The position numbers and the translations under genes are program-made. From IMG/VR virus record IMGVR_UViG_2814123225_000005: a stretch of DNA of 64,000 bases; one strand, written 5' to 3'. The stretch comes from a virus. Positions 9,031 through 17,965 of the stretch are shown one piece after another (the stretch's first letter is position 1; each line of letters starts with the position of its first letter). The notes beneath the pieces were generated by a model, which made no database searches, was not told the DNA's origin, and saw only the letters and a program-made list of their open reading frames with translations.

Positions 9031-9324
9031 TTATTTAATTTGATAATTCCGTTCCTCTTGCTCGCGGACCCATCGATCCAGACTAACCGTGCTAAACAAA
9101 TACTTTGGCTTCCTGCTGCCCTCAGAGCCGATAACTCTATGCGGGATGCGTTTTTCTCTGCACAATTGGCGTAAAATATGTTCGGATACTTGCAGATGTT
9201 CGCAAGCCTCGCTGAATGTTAGGGTTTTATCTTCAGGAATGGACAGTCGTTCTAGGATACGCTTCTCGGCTTCTGCTACTTGAGTTGCTACCATATCCGC
9301 GATTGCCTTTTCTATTGCGGTCAT
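9031..9324 (-). CDS. Excisionase-like HTH_17 DNA-binding protein
   Basis: LTFSEACEHLQVSEHILRQLCREKRIPH...YLFS. Confidence 0.8.
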   Translation of the reverse strand: MTAIEKAIADMVATQVAEAEKRILERLSIPEDKTLTFSEACEHLQVSEHILRQLCREKRIPHRVIGSEGSRKPKYLFSTVSLDRWVREQEERNYQIK

Positions 9325-10100
9325 GAGACATCATCTTGTCTGAGCCCGCCGTACTTAATGGCGATATCTTTAACAATTGCCACATAACTGTGAATGAGCT
9401 TCTTGTCATCAGCGATAATATCTAGGTAATTGAGCTTATCCCGTTTGGACTTACAGACACCTTCGTCTGCCATGCGACGACGTTTATTAGTTAATCGTGT
9501 TGCAAGAGAAACGCCCAAGGTTTCATCCAATAAACGGTAACTCTCTTCACGTAAATGTCTGATATGTTCATAACCACCCATGGCTTGTGCTGTGCGCTTT
9601 ATCAAGTCAGAAGCATCCTTACGCCAGTTAGTAACGTTGAGTGCTACAACTTCACGGATGGACTTGACATCCTGATCGACTGCCTCAATCCTTGCATCAT
9701 GCTCAGCTAAGCGACGTTCCTGATCAACAAGCTGGTTAATGGATGCTTGAAGGATTTCTAATGATGTTTGTGGTGGCTTGGTGAGTTTGTGTTCCATTTC
9801 TTCGAATCGGGTCACGTATTCCGCTGTGAAGAGTACTCCCTTTCCTCCGGTCATTTTATTTGCTACCATGTCGCAGCCTTTGCGAGTGAGAAGGTAACAT
9901 TTTAATTTTCGTCCAGTGCGGTCTTGGTACGAATGTTCTAAGAAAAATTCACTCACTCCATAATTGGATTCAGTAAGAACGTTCTTGTAACTATCGATAT
10001 CCCTAAGCAAATGCCCGTGCTGTTTCCCGATCATCTCCGCTACTTCCCGGCTATCGACCAACAGTTGGCCGTTCCGATTGATTACATTCAGTTGATTCAT
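9321..10100 (-). CDS. Rha-family regulator/antirepressor
   Basis: VDSREVAEMIGKQHGHLLRDI; CYLLTRKGCDMVANKMTG.KG.LFTA.YV. Confidence 0.9.
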   Translation of the reverse strand: MNQLNVINRNGQLLVDSREVAEMIGKQHGHLLRDIDSYKNVLTESNYGVSEFFLEHSYQDRTGRKLKCYLLTRKGCDMVANKMTGGKGVLFTAEYVTRFEEMEHKLTKPPQTSLEILQASINQLVDQERRLAEHDARIEAVDQDVKSIREVVALNVTNWRKDASDLIKRTAQAMGGYEHIRHLREESYRLLDETLGVSLATRLTNKRRRMADEGVCKSKRDKLNYLDIIADDKKLIHSYVAIVKDIAIKYGGLRQDDVS

Positions 10101-10307
10101 TCGATTACCTCGCTTTCGGAATTGTTTTATTGCATTTTGTAAAGTATAAATTCGAGCTCACCATACTCTGTAATCCTTTCATGAGCTATTTTCCAGTCGC
10201 CTGATGCCAAAAGTGCATTCACTTGCCCGATGTCAACGGTCAGGCGAACTTCTTTAACCTTATGTAGGTTCATTGTGGTCACTCCTTTCATTTGAATTGG
10301 GTTGGGA

Positions 10308-10598
10308 TTAATTGGCGCGCTGTGTTGCCTCTTCATTTGTTTGCGGAGGTCTTTCAACCACTGACCTGTTGATTATTGTTGAATTTTTTTGTCTAATTAA
10401 ATTAGACTGACTATCAAAAAAAATTTCTTCAAAGTCGATATTCACTATTCGTGAAAACTGTTTCGCCGTCCCCACACTCATTTCCTCAGGGTTTTTCTCC
10501 CACTTCATGTATGTTTGTGGGTGTACACAGAGTAATTCTGCAATTTCCCTCTGGGTGAAGCCAGCGATTAACCTCGCTTGCTTTAAAGTAAATTTCAT
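10308..10598 (-). CDS. Cro-like XRE HTH regulator
   Basis: TLKQARLIAGFTQREIAELL; divergent from repressor. Confidence 0.85.
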   Translation of the reverse strand: MKFTLKQARLIAGFTQREIAELLCVHPQTYMKWEKNPEEMSVGTAKQFSRIVNIDFEEIFFDSQSNLIRQKNSTIINRSVVERPPQTNEEATQRAN

Positions 10599-10737
10599 GA
10601 AGACATCTGCCTCCTCCCTTCGCTTGATGGGTATATCATATTCTAATTAAATTAGATTGTCAACCCCATGATCTAATTAATTTTGATATTTTGATTGATA
10701 ATTTTCGATATTTTGGATATAATCTAATTATAATAGA
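10391..10737. promoter_or_regulatory. Lysis/lysogeny switch operators TCTAAT-N3-ATTAGA (10392-10406, 10642-10656, 10672-10686, 10723-10737)
   Basis: Four copies of a 15-bp near-palindrome: three between cro and cI, one inside cro. Confidence 0.75.
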
Positions 10738-10752
10738 TCGTGAGGTGTCGAA

Positions 10753-11178
10753 ATGGGTATTAGAGAAAATATCAAAAAATTACGTAAAAGATATGATCTT
10801 ACTCAACAAGATCTGGCCGATATAGCGGGGGTGACGAATAAAGCCGTTTCCGCTTGGGAAAGTGGTTTAGCAGAACCGAGAATGGGGGCAATTGAGAAGA
10901 TTGCTGCTCACTTCAAACTAAAAAAGAGTAACATTATCGAAGAGAACGGAATGGAGTTACATCTAACAAGAAAAGACAAGTCCAACGAATCCACAGCTCG
11001 AGAATTTCTCCGTAAGTACAATAGCCTTGACGAAAAGGGAAAACACACTGTTAATACAGTTCTGAATATAGAATATAGCCGCTGTGTAGAGTTACACCTT
11101 GAGCCAATCGCCGCACATAACGATGACTGTTCAGAAGAGCAGATAAAATTGATGCAGCAGGACCTAGACGATCTATGA
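10753..11178 (+). CDS. CI-like XRE repressor
   Basis: IKKLRKRYDLTQQDLADIAGVTNKAVSAWESG..EPR. Confidence 0.9.
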   Translation: MGIRENIKKLRKRYDLTQQDLADIAGVTNKAVSAWESGLAEPRMGAIEKIAAHFKLKKSNIIEENGMELHLTRKDKSNESTAREFLRKYNSLDEKGKHTVNTVLNIEYSRCVELHLEPIAAHNDDCSEEQIKLMQQDLDDL

Positions 11179-11179
11179 G

Positions 11180-11650
11180 GTGACAAAAATGACACCGTAT
11201 GAGCAGTTACTTGAAGAAGCAGTGTCATATGATATAACCGTTATCGAAAAACACTTTGTTTCAAAAGCTAAAGGTTTGCTTAAAGGAAATAAAGCCGGTA
11301 TCCGTAAAGATATGTCTACAGTTGAAAAAAAGTGTACGCTTGCCGAAGAGATGATTCATTATCTAATTACTGTCGGTAATATATTAGATCAATCCGATAT
11401 TCTAAACCGAAAACAAGAACTCCGAGCGAGACAACTAACCTATGAGAAACTCATCCCCTTATCCGCTATCGTACAGGCGCACCAATCTGGAGTTAGGGGT
11501 AGATTTGAGATAGCAGAGTACTTAGAAGTAACAGAAGAGTTCCTGCAAGCTACTATTAATCGATATCGGGATAAGTACGGTATATCTGTATCCATTGATA
11601 ACTTCATAATTTTTTTTGACCCGCTCCGTGTAATAGAATTAACAATGTAA
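11180..11650 (+). CDS. ImmA/IrrE-family metallopeptidase (anti-repressor)
   Basis: LAEEMIHY..TVGNI...QE.RAR; lies between repressor and integrase. Confidence 0.88.
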   Translation: MTKMTPYEQLLEEAVSYDITVIEKHFVSKAKGLLKGNKAGIRKDMSTVEKKCTLAEEMIHYLITVGNILDQSDILNRKQELRARQLTYEKLIPLSAIVQAHQSGVRGRFEIAEYLEVTEEFLQATINRYRDKYGISVSIDNFIIFFDPLRVIELTM

Positions 11651-11695
11651 TGTATGCGCTTGCCAGTCGCAAGGCTGTTTAATATACATAAAAAT

Positions 11696-11709
11696 AGAAC
11701 GTATGTTTG
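11696..11709. promoter_or_regulatory. LexA(DinR)-box-like site upstream of integrase
   Basis: AGAACGTATGTTTG versus Bacillus consensus GAAC-N4-GTTY. Confidence 0.5.
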
Positions 11710-11725
11710 ATTAGGAGGAATTAAA

Positions 11726-12961
11726 ATGGCAAAAGGTAGCATTGAAAAACGAGGAGAGAATACCTGGCGGCTGACAATCGATCTTGGATACAACCAAGAC
11801 GGTAGCCGTAATCGACTAAGAAGGAAGGTTGTAGTTGAAGACAAAGCACTACTAAAAACAAAAAAGAAGCTGAGAGAATATCTAGAGGACGAGTTACACA
11901 AATTTAAAATCGAGGCTGAGGCAGGGGAATATATTGCTCCACAAAAAATGACCTTAAGGCAATTTATTGAAAGTGAATGGGACCCTAAATATGCGTCAAA
12001 GACGGAGAACCTATCCCCCTTAACGTATCAAACGTATATGCATTTTATCGAAAGTCGTATAATTCCGGTATTTGGGCACAAGAACCTTGAAGACATCAGG
12101 ACATTGCACATTGTAACCTTTATTAATGACCTCAGCAAGCCGGGAGTACGTAAGGACAGAAGGGATGATACCCTTTCACCGGGTACAATCCAGTACATCC
12201 ATCGTGTACTTAAAAACATCTTTAACCGGGCGACGGAGTGGCAACTTATTAAAACCAATCCAATTGTCGGTGTTAAGAAGCCTAAGGTAGAGCAAACCGA
12301 GTTTGATTTTTATGATGAAGACGAGGCCAGAGAAGTTATAGCCGCACTGAACAAAGAGCCTAGACGATGGAGGCTTTTCATTTTAGGTTCTATGGTCGGG
12401 GGGTTTCGCCGAGGAGAATTATTAGCCTTAGAGTGGGCGGATGTCGATTTCGACAATATGACATTGTCCATTAATAAGAGCATATCCTTAACAGTAGATG
12501 GCCGTGCAGTTGAAAAAGACCCTAAATCTAAAAGCTCTAAACGTGTGGTCGATATGCCGGAATGGTACATGCAGGAACTTAAAGTGCACGAACGTGAATG
12601 GAAGAAAGAGAAGTTGTTCATGGGTGATAAATGGCTTGGGGGCGATAGGCAATATGTATTTCACGCTGGCTATGGGAAACCTTTTTTTCATACCACCCCT
12701 ACAAAATGGTGGCGTAGTTTTATAAGCCGAAACAAATTAAAGTATATCCGATTACATGACCTCCGCCATTCCAGTGCCACTTTACTAATCGAGGCAGGGG
12801 CACCAATGAAGGCAATACAAAAACGTTTAGGCCACTCAAAGCACCAAACGACTGCTGATATATATGCCCATGTCACGAAGAAGGTGAGTCGAGATACTGC
12901 CGAAAAATTCGATAAATTTGCTCCGAATAACATTCGTCCCCAATCCGTCCCCAAGGCGTGA
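11726..12961 (+). CDS. int: Tyrosine integrase
   Basis: RRGELLAL; HDLRH; LGHS...T.DIYAHV catalytic motifs. Confidence 0.97.
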   Translation: MAKGSIEKRGENTWRLTIDLGYNQDGSRNRLRRKVVVEDKALLKTKKKLREYLEDELHKFKIEAEAGEYIAPQKMTLRQFIESEWDPKYASKTENLSPLTYQTYMHFIESRIIPVFGHKNLEDIRTLHIVTFINDLSKPGVRKDRRDDTLSPGTIQYIHRVLKNIFNRATEWQLIKTNPIVGVKKPKVEQTEFDFYDEDEAREVIAALNKEPRRWRLFILGSMVGGFRRGELLALEWADVDFDNMTLSINKSISLTVDGRAVEKDPKSKSSKRVVDMPEWYMQELKVHEREWKKEKLFMGDKWLGGDRQYVFHAGYGKPFFHTTPTKWWRSFISRNKLKYIRLHDLRHSSATLLIEAGAPMKAIQKRLGHSKHQTTADIYAHVTKKVSRDTAEKFDKFAPNNIRPQSVPKA

Positions 12962-13050
12962 TTTTAAATACGATGAAAACAAAGAATCCCTTGATATACA
13001 AAGAAACTTTCGCTATGACTCGAGTAGCGACCATTACCCTTAACATGTAA
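12935..13050. other. Prophage 1 att arm and junction
   Basis: CGTCCCCAA tandem repeats at 12935 and 12946; host-like protein sequence stops at NYML near 13041. Confidence 0.6.
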
Positions 13051-13358
13051 TTGCCGCTCTCTATGAGGATGGATGTTAATCGGGAAAGAAATTCCAGCAA
13101 TTCCTCTGCTTTTAAAGGCTCTGTCTTTAGCGTATGGGAAAGCATTCTTTTGGAAGTCACATCGTATACCAGCTTGGCAACTCCATCTGTCTCCTCCAGA
13201 CGGAAAGGCAGCAGATGGGGAATGGTCTGCTTGTTCGCCATATACAGTTCCACTTGTATAACATCCTCTTTCTTCAATCCTGCTGTCTTGCTTAGAACCA
13301 TAAAATGGCCCCGCTGTTGAATAAATTCATAATGCAGGCCGTACACCTTCCGGATCAA
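13041..13358 (-). pseudogene. 5' part of host DUF6382-like (FHA-associated, pilus-locus) gene interrupted by prophage 1
   Basis: MIRKVYGLHY...IPHLLP...LVYDVTSKRML...SGNYML, then frame runs into att and antisense integrase DNA. Confidence 0.65.
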
Positions 13359-13370
13359 ATCATCCCCTCC

Positions 13371-13451
13371 TTACAGCCATTTCAGCTCCACAAAAGCCGT
13401 TAAAATGCCCGGAAGCACCGCATACATGAAAGGAAACCGGATATGTAACAT
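13371..13451 (-). pseudogene. 3' tip of host prepilin-peptidase (A24)-like gene interrupted by prophage 2
   Basis: MLHIRFPFMYAVLPGILTAFVELKWL*; stop abuts SD of next host gene. Confidence 0.55.
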
Positions 13452-13481
13452 TTCTCCCCTAATTAAATAAGAGTAAATCTT

Positions 13482-13592
13482 AAAAACCCTTGATTTATAA
13501 GGGTTTTTCTTGTTCGTATCTGTTCTCATCCGAGTGAATTATGGTGAATCCGAGTAGATTTTGTCCCCAATTCGTCCCCAACGGGGACAAAA
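13482..13592. other. Prophage 2 att arm region
   Basis: Inverted repeat AAAAACCCTT..AAGGGTTTTT; GTCCCCAA repeats at 13563 and 13574 plus inverted GGGGAC. Confidence 0.6.
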
Positions 13593-13635
13593 TGATTGCC
13601 AGATGATTATTTCTAAAACGCAGTGTATAATATAG

Positions 13636-13649
13636 AGAACAAACGTTCC
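13636..13649. promoter_or_regulatory. LexA(DinR) SOS box
   Basis: AGAACAAACGTTCC just downstream of TATAAT (13626-13631). Confidence 0.75.
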
Positions 13650-13669
13650 ATCCGAAAGGAGCCGCCGCC

Positions 13670-14056
13670 ATGCCCGCCGCAACACACGACGAACTAACGC
13701 TGATCAAAAAGTACCTCGTCCTCCCTCTCGTCATGTCCGTATTTGAGCGCGACGCAAAGACCTTGCGCGAGGTACTTAAAACACCCGATCCATATGTCGA
13801 AAGGATCAATCGGGGAATCGAATACATTAACGATGACCTAACAAAAGTCCGCAAGTATTTCCGGGCTAACGGAATAAAGGTTTATGACGTAGAGAGGTCG
13901 GCATCCGATCTTAGTTGCGGCTATACTTGTCGGGGATATACCGGGTCCATGCGTCTGCTCATGAGCCATCTGCGGAGCGAGGTCGAAGTCGAAATGCGGA
14001 AATATCTCGGAGAGGATATACAGGAGCTGCGAAAGGGACCGAGTAATATTGTGTAA
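13670..14056 (+). CDS. SOS-regulated hypothetical protein
   Basis: SD AAAGGAG; SOS box upstream. Confidence 0.75.
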   Translation: MPAATHDELTLIKKYLVLPLVMSVFERDAKTLREVLKTPDPYVERINRGIEYINDDLTKVRKYFRANGIKVYDVERSASDLSCGYTCRGYTGSMRLLMSHLRSEVEVEMRKYLGEDIQELRKGPSNIV

Positions 14057-14096
14057 AAAGCATGGGAATCTATGGATATTTGTGCTAATATAGTAT

Positions 14097-14756
14097 ATGT
14101 TCAAATGGATATATATGGAGGAGATGGAATTGAAGGAAGAAATAAAGGTTAACCGTTTCACTAAAAAACAAGCTGGGATCGTGGGGTTTGCTTTACTCTT
14201 TATAGTGATTGGTCTTGTCTTTTTTTACATAGGAAGGTCCAGCGCAAGCCACGAATTAAACGGCAAGGCCTTAACGATTGCGAACGTCCAAAAAGAAACC
14301 GAAGATGCAAACGCCAAACTTAAACAAGCATCAGATGAATACAAAAAGATCGAAGATAAGTTTAAAGGAGCACAGATCGTAATCGATCAAGCTAATACAC
14401 GGAAAAGCGATGCGGATAGGTACCAGAAAGAAGCCGAAAAATACGAAAAGTTAGCCGGCGAAAAGAAAGCCGAATTAGACAAAATAGAGTCCGCGATTAA
14501 GGAGAAGAAAGATGCCCCTATCGTTTTACCCGCTGGCAAGTTAACCGGAGGTAAGGATATCCCGGCAGGTCGTTATAAGGTGACGAAAGCAGGCCGTGAG
14601 GGAAGTAATTTTATCGTAACGTCAGCGTCAGGGGAGCTTAAAGCTAATACCATAGTAGCCGGCGGTGACCACGGCGTCGCAGAGTACGTAACGAGTATCG
14701 ATAACGGCGACACCTTAGACTGTCACGCATCGTTTAAGTTCACGCCGGTTGAGTGA
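14097..14756 (+). CDS. Membrane-anchored coiled-coil protein with C-terminal KDIPAGRY domain (YttA-like)
   Basis: One N-terminal TM helix, long coiled coil, beta-rich tail; true start probably later (MELKEE). Confidence 0.7.
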   Translation: MFKWIYMEEMELKEEIKVNRFTKKQAGIVGFALLFIVIGLVFFYIGRSSASHELNGKALTIANVQKETEDANAKLKQASDEYKKIEDKFKGAQIVIDQANTRKSDADRYQKEAEKYEKLAGEKKAELDKIESAIKEKKDAPIVLPAGKLTGGKDIPAGRYKVTKAGREGSNFIVTSASGELKANTIVAGGDHGVAEYVTSIDNGDTLDCHASFKFTPVE

Positions 14757-14764
14757 TGCATAGT

Positions 14765-14788
14765 AAAGCCCTTCGGGGCTTTTTATTT
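14765..14788 (+). terminator. Intrinsic terminator
   Basis: AAAGCCC-TTCG-GGGCTTT followed by T-run. Confidence 0.8.
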
Positions 14789-14797
14789 TGCACAAAA

Positions 14798-14857
14798 ATA
14801 AGTATTGTCATAAGTATTTCCATAAGTATTGCCATAAGTACGTAGTTATGATACAAT
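14798..14857 (+). promoter_or_regulatory. SigA-type promoter overlapped by four 12-bp-period repeats (ATAAGTA core)
   Basis: TTGCCA 14829-14834, 17 bp, TACAAT 14852-14857; repeats at 14798, 14810, 14822, 14834. Confidence 0.7.
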
Positions 14858-14929
14858 AGAATCAAGGTAAGGGAATAACTTACCAAACTGAGATCGCTGG
14901 CATAGCGCAGCGACAAGGAGGAAAAAACA

Positions 14930-15355
14930 ATGAATATTGTTGAGATGTACCGAAAAGTAAAAGAGATTTATGAAGCAAATGTAAGAACTCCAGACAATTG
15001 GGAAACGGGTTACGAGTTCATCGGTCTTCGATTTGAAGACAAGGAACGTGAGATCGGCGAAATTTGCGAATGCAGCCGCCATAACGCCGATCGCGAGGAT
15101 GAGCGGGAATTCCCGGACTATGGGACAGACGAATACTGGGAAATGGAGAAGTTGGATGGAACGTCTGCGTGGGACATGGCCCACGAAAACACCTACGAAT
15201 ATTCTGCTTGGGACGCGGAGCAAGAAGACTGTAGAAGATGCTTTTTAACGGAGCATTGCTACGTAATTGCAGGCAACAACGTCCGCAACCATTCGGACGC
15301 CGATTACGGCGAAATCGTTATCGAGGACGCTGTAGTAATTGCAAAGATATTCTAA
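14930..15355 (+). CDS. Acidic hypothetical protein
   Basis: SD AAGGAGG; downstream of promoter. Confidence 0.75.
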   Translation: MNIVEMYRKVKEIYEANVRTPDNWETGYEFIGLRFEDKEREIGEICECSRHNADREDEREFPDYGTDEYWEMEKLDGTSAWDMAHENTYEYSAWDAEQEDCRRCFLTEHCYVIAGNNVRNHSDADYGEIVIEDAVVIAKIF

Positions 15356-15401
15356 AATCCGGAGGGCTTCGGCTCTCCTTAAAAATAAGGAGGAAATTGA
15401 A

Positions 15402-15752
15402 ATGGCAAGAAAAACAGTTTGGATGAACCAGCCGCTGGAGAAGTTGGCGAAAGAATGTGGAAAAGCTAACGGCAGAGAAGGAAAGTTTTCGGCTCGTTTA
15501 GGAGATATAGTCGAAAGATTCGACATTATCATGAAACTGACGCCCGTCCCAGAACTCTCCGATATTGAAAAAATGATTTTGGGTGAGGTAGTTTGCGGAT
15601 CAACGCTATCACCAGTGACCGTAAAATATATGCCAAAATCCATTGTGGATGCCGCTACAGGGACACCGGAAGAGCGAGAAACATTGTCTCGCAAAGTCGA
15701 AGGCTGGAGCGCGGCTGAGAGAATCGCAGTGATAGAATCGCTAGGAGTGTAG
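15402..15752 (+). CDS. Hypothetical protein, possible ribbon-helix-helix N-terminus
   Basis: ATG after AAGGAGG; MARKTVWM beta-strand-then-helix start. Confidence 0.65.
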   Translation: MARKTVWMNQPLEKLAKECGKANGREGKFSARLGDIVERFDIIMKLTPVPELSDIEKMILGEVVCGSTLSPVTVKYMPKSIVDAATGTPEERETLSRKVEGWSAAERIAVIESLGV

Positions 15753-15755
15753 GCG

Positions 15756-16127
15756 ATGCTCCAAGATCGAACATGCAGACAGTGCCAAGCCTCTTTTCAA
15801 GGCGGACCACGCGCGTACTACTGTCCGACGTGCCGGGCAGAACGTACTAGGAAAACCTACGTAGAATACAAGCGCCGGAAACGCCAAGGAGCAACCAGAG
15901 CGTTAGGGAGTACAGACACATGCGAGCGTTGCGGCAAGTCGTACGTAGTTAATGCGGGACTCCAACGCTTCTGCCCAGACTGCCAGCCTATTCACGCGGC
16001 TGAGCATGATAGGCGGACAAGCCTAGAGTATTACACTGCTAACAAGGATACTATCAATCCGGCGCGGAATCAGAAACGCCGGGAGTGGCGCAGAAGAAAA
16101 CAAGCAAAGAACGCACCGCAACAGTAA
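15756..16127 (+). CDS. Double zinc-ribbon basic protein
   Basis: CRQC...CPTC and CERC...CPDC; Arg/Lys-rich tail. Confidence 0.75.
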   Translation: MLQDRTCRQCQASFQGGPRAYYCPTCRAERTRKTYVEYKRRKRQGATRALGSTDTCERCGKSYVVNAGLQRFCPDCQPIHAAEHDRRTSLEYYTANKDTINPARNQKRREWRRRKQAKNAPQQ

Positions 16128-16167
16128 AAAACTTGCGGATTGTTCCCGCACCATGATTAAGACCACG

Positions 16168-16413
16168 TTATTCCCCCGTGGTCTTTTCATTTTCGGTTTC
16201 CGCGTCCACCAGCTCCAGTACATCGGTTATTCCGACACCCAGAACCTCGCAAATGGCCGCCAGATTTTCTAACGGTAGCCGTTGCGTTTTATTCAGACAC
16301 ATTTCGTTCACGGACGGGTGTCGTATCCCCGTCAGGCGGCTTAATTCCCGGTTAGACATGCCATGCTCTTTTAATAAATCAGCTAGTTTTATACGTACGG
16401 TTAGCTTTCTCAT
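16168..16413 (-). CDS. XRE/Cro-C1 HTH regulator
   Basis: LADLLKEHGMSNRELSRLTGIRHPSVNEMC; divergent promoter TTGACA-17-TATTAT near 16476-16504. Confidence 0.85.
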   Translation of the reverse strand: MRKLTVRIKLADLLKEHGMSNRELSRLTGIRHPSVNEMCLNKTQRLPLENLAAICEVLGVGITDVLELVDAETENEKTTGE

Positions 16414-16546
16414 TACGCACCTCCTCCCCATTAATATAACATAAAACCCGGTACGTAAAAAGTTCCAAAAAACATTTGACACGTCCTGCGTACCATGTTA
16501 TTATAGTTATAGTCGGAACGTTAAGCGTACCAATAACAAGGAGGAA

Positions 16547-17566
16547 TTGAAAATGAAAAAAATTATGGATTTAAAAGTAGGGGAATTAATCGAATTAGGG
16601 GATGGGGCCGTTTACAAGGTCCTCGATAAAGAAATGGTGAAACAAGAAATAAAAAACCTAGATTCATTTTGGATGATTCTAGATGACAACCCAGAAAAAG
16701 CGTATTCCATATATAGCGTCGAGTTTGACGACGAGGGTAATCTAGATTACTTCTCGTTATATGGAGAAGATTTCTATGACCTTTACGACGAAAGAATTAC
16801 TTTTGTCATGAAGCTAGATGATAAATACCCCGGCGCGCTAGAGTTTATGATCTTCAACAGGCAATGCGAGATCGATCGCATCGTTAAGGAGATGGATGAA
16901 ATCTATGATTATCAGCGTCGTAGTGTATTACAGCTGACAATCGAGGGCTTAAAAGCCCAAATTAATTATTTAGAAAAGAGGCTCGAAAGAGCCAGATGGC
17001 AGAAAGTAGGGGCATATGCCCGGACTACTGTCGAGTATGAAGATTCTGATGTAAAACTGCCAGCAGGCAGTACCGTTAAATTAAACTCATACACGGATTA
17101 TACCTGTAAGGGTAGCGATGGATTCCATGATGGACCAGAGCGATGGGATTGTTACATCCTAGACAGGGCAGACGAATTTGAGCATTGGAGGGATGTGAAG
17201 AAGATTGAGTTTAATTCTGATCACCTAGAGCCGGTAGGCATAGACGATCAGGAACGCATAGAAGAATATAGAAATGTGATTGCAAACAAATTCCTAGAAA
17301 TCTTATCTAAAATAGAAACATCAGAGGCAGAAAGATTTGAACGTTTCTCGAAAGAGGAACGGTGTAAAATAAAAATAGGTACAGAGTGGGGTTCATCTGT
17401 GTACCTATCGGGAGGCCCCTACAGATACGACCTCGAATACTTCGAGGCGGACAAAAAGGGTATGATTGAGTTTCTCAAAGCCCTTGCGCGTAATGCGTCA
17501 GAAGAAACTCACAAAAAATCCATAGAAAAAGCCCTAGAAGAAGCGCAAGATATAGAGATAACCTAA
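16547..17566 (+). CDS. Acidic hypothetical protein, C-terminus similar to next gene
   Basis: SD AAGGAGG; 339 aa open frame. Confidence 0.75.
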   Translation: MKMKKIMDLKVGELIELGDGAVYKVLDKEMVKQEIKNLDSFWMILDDNPEKAYSIYSVEFDDEGNLDYFSLYGEDFYDLYDERITFVMKLDDKYPGALEFMIFNRQCEIDRIVKEMDEIYDYQRRSVLQLTIEGLKAQINYLEKRLERARWQKVGAYARTTVEYEDSDVKLPAGSTVKLNSYTDYTCKGSDGFHDGPERWDCYILDRADEFEHWRDVKKIEFNSDHLEPVGIDDQERIEEYRNVIANKFLEILSKIETSEAERFERFSKEERCKIKIGTEWGSSVYLSGGPYRYDLEYFEADKKGMIEFLKALARNASEETHKKSIEKALEEAQDIEIT

Positions 17567-17575
17567 AAAGAGAGG

Positions 17576-17860
17576 ATGAATGAGATGTCATCTAATACTA
17601 TTTACAAAGCAAACCAAAACCGGAGGATGTCAGCGTTACAAATTGCTGACATCCTGAACACCGGTGAAATGCTTCTGCGGCTGGAAATTGAAATTCGGGG
17701 GAGCAATTTAGCTTTACTTGTAACAACCGACACTGCAACTGTGGTGTACGGAGAAGCAACTAAGGAAGGCATGTTAAAGTTCTTAAGTAAACTTAAGGAG
17801 CATGCCGTGAATAAAGAAGATATAGATGAACTGCTGGAAGAAGTGCAGCACATGGATTGA
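17576..17860 (+). CDS. Hypothetical protein
   Basis: SD GAGG; shares EA.K.GM..FL motif with upstream gene. Confidence 0.7.
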   Translation: MNEMSSNTIYKANQNRRMSALQIADILNTGEMLLRLEIEIRGSNLALLVTTDTATVVYGEATKEGMLKFLSKLKEHAVNKEDIDELLEEVQHMD

Positions 17861-17868
17861 TATCCCTG

Positions 17869-17916
17869 AAAAAAGAGCGAAACCTATCTTCGTCCTAAAG
17901 GTAGGTTTCGCTCTTT
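17869..17916 (-). terminator. Long-stem intrinsic terminator (possibly bidirectional)
   Basis: AAAGAGCGAAACCTA / TAGGTTTCGCTCTTT 15-bp stem; T6 on minus strand. Confidence 0.85.
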
Positions 17917-17965
17917 CCAAATGGAAATGTATGTTTCAAACCACGCTCACCAAGTGGTGTGCGAC
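17869..17965 (-). ncRNA. Candidate ~100-nt small RNA
   Basis: Minus-strand TTGCAC-18-TATAAT promoter (18001-17972), 5' hairpin, terminator, no ORF. Confidence 0.5.

Larger units (their letters stand above)
1..13050. mobile_element. Prophage 1, early/lysogeny end (continues beyond left edge)
   Basis: Contiguous phage early genes, cro/cI switch, ImmA and integrase ending at a junction inside a host gene; right boundary approximate. Confidence 0.92.

Noticed and set aside
12873-13040. C-terminal third of the 161-aa ORF 12873-13358 as real protein
   Set aside because: It is read-through across the att junction into the antisense strand of the integrase
14798-14845. Mini CRISPR array
   Set aside because: 12-bp period with no unique spacers and no cas genes; overlaps a promoter, so read as an operator
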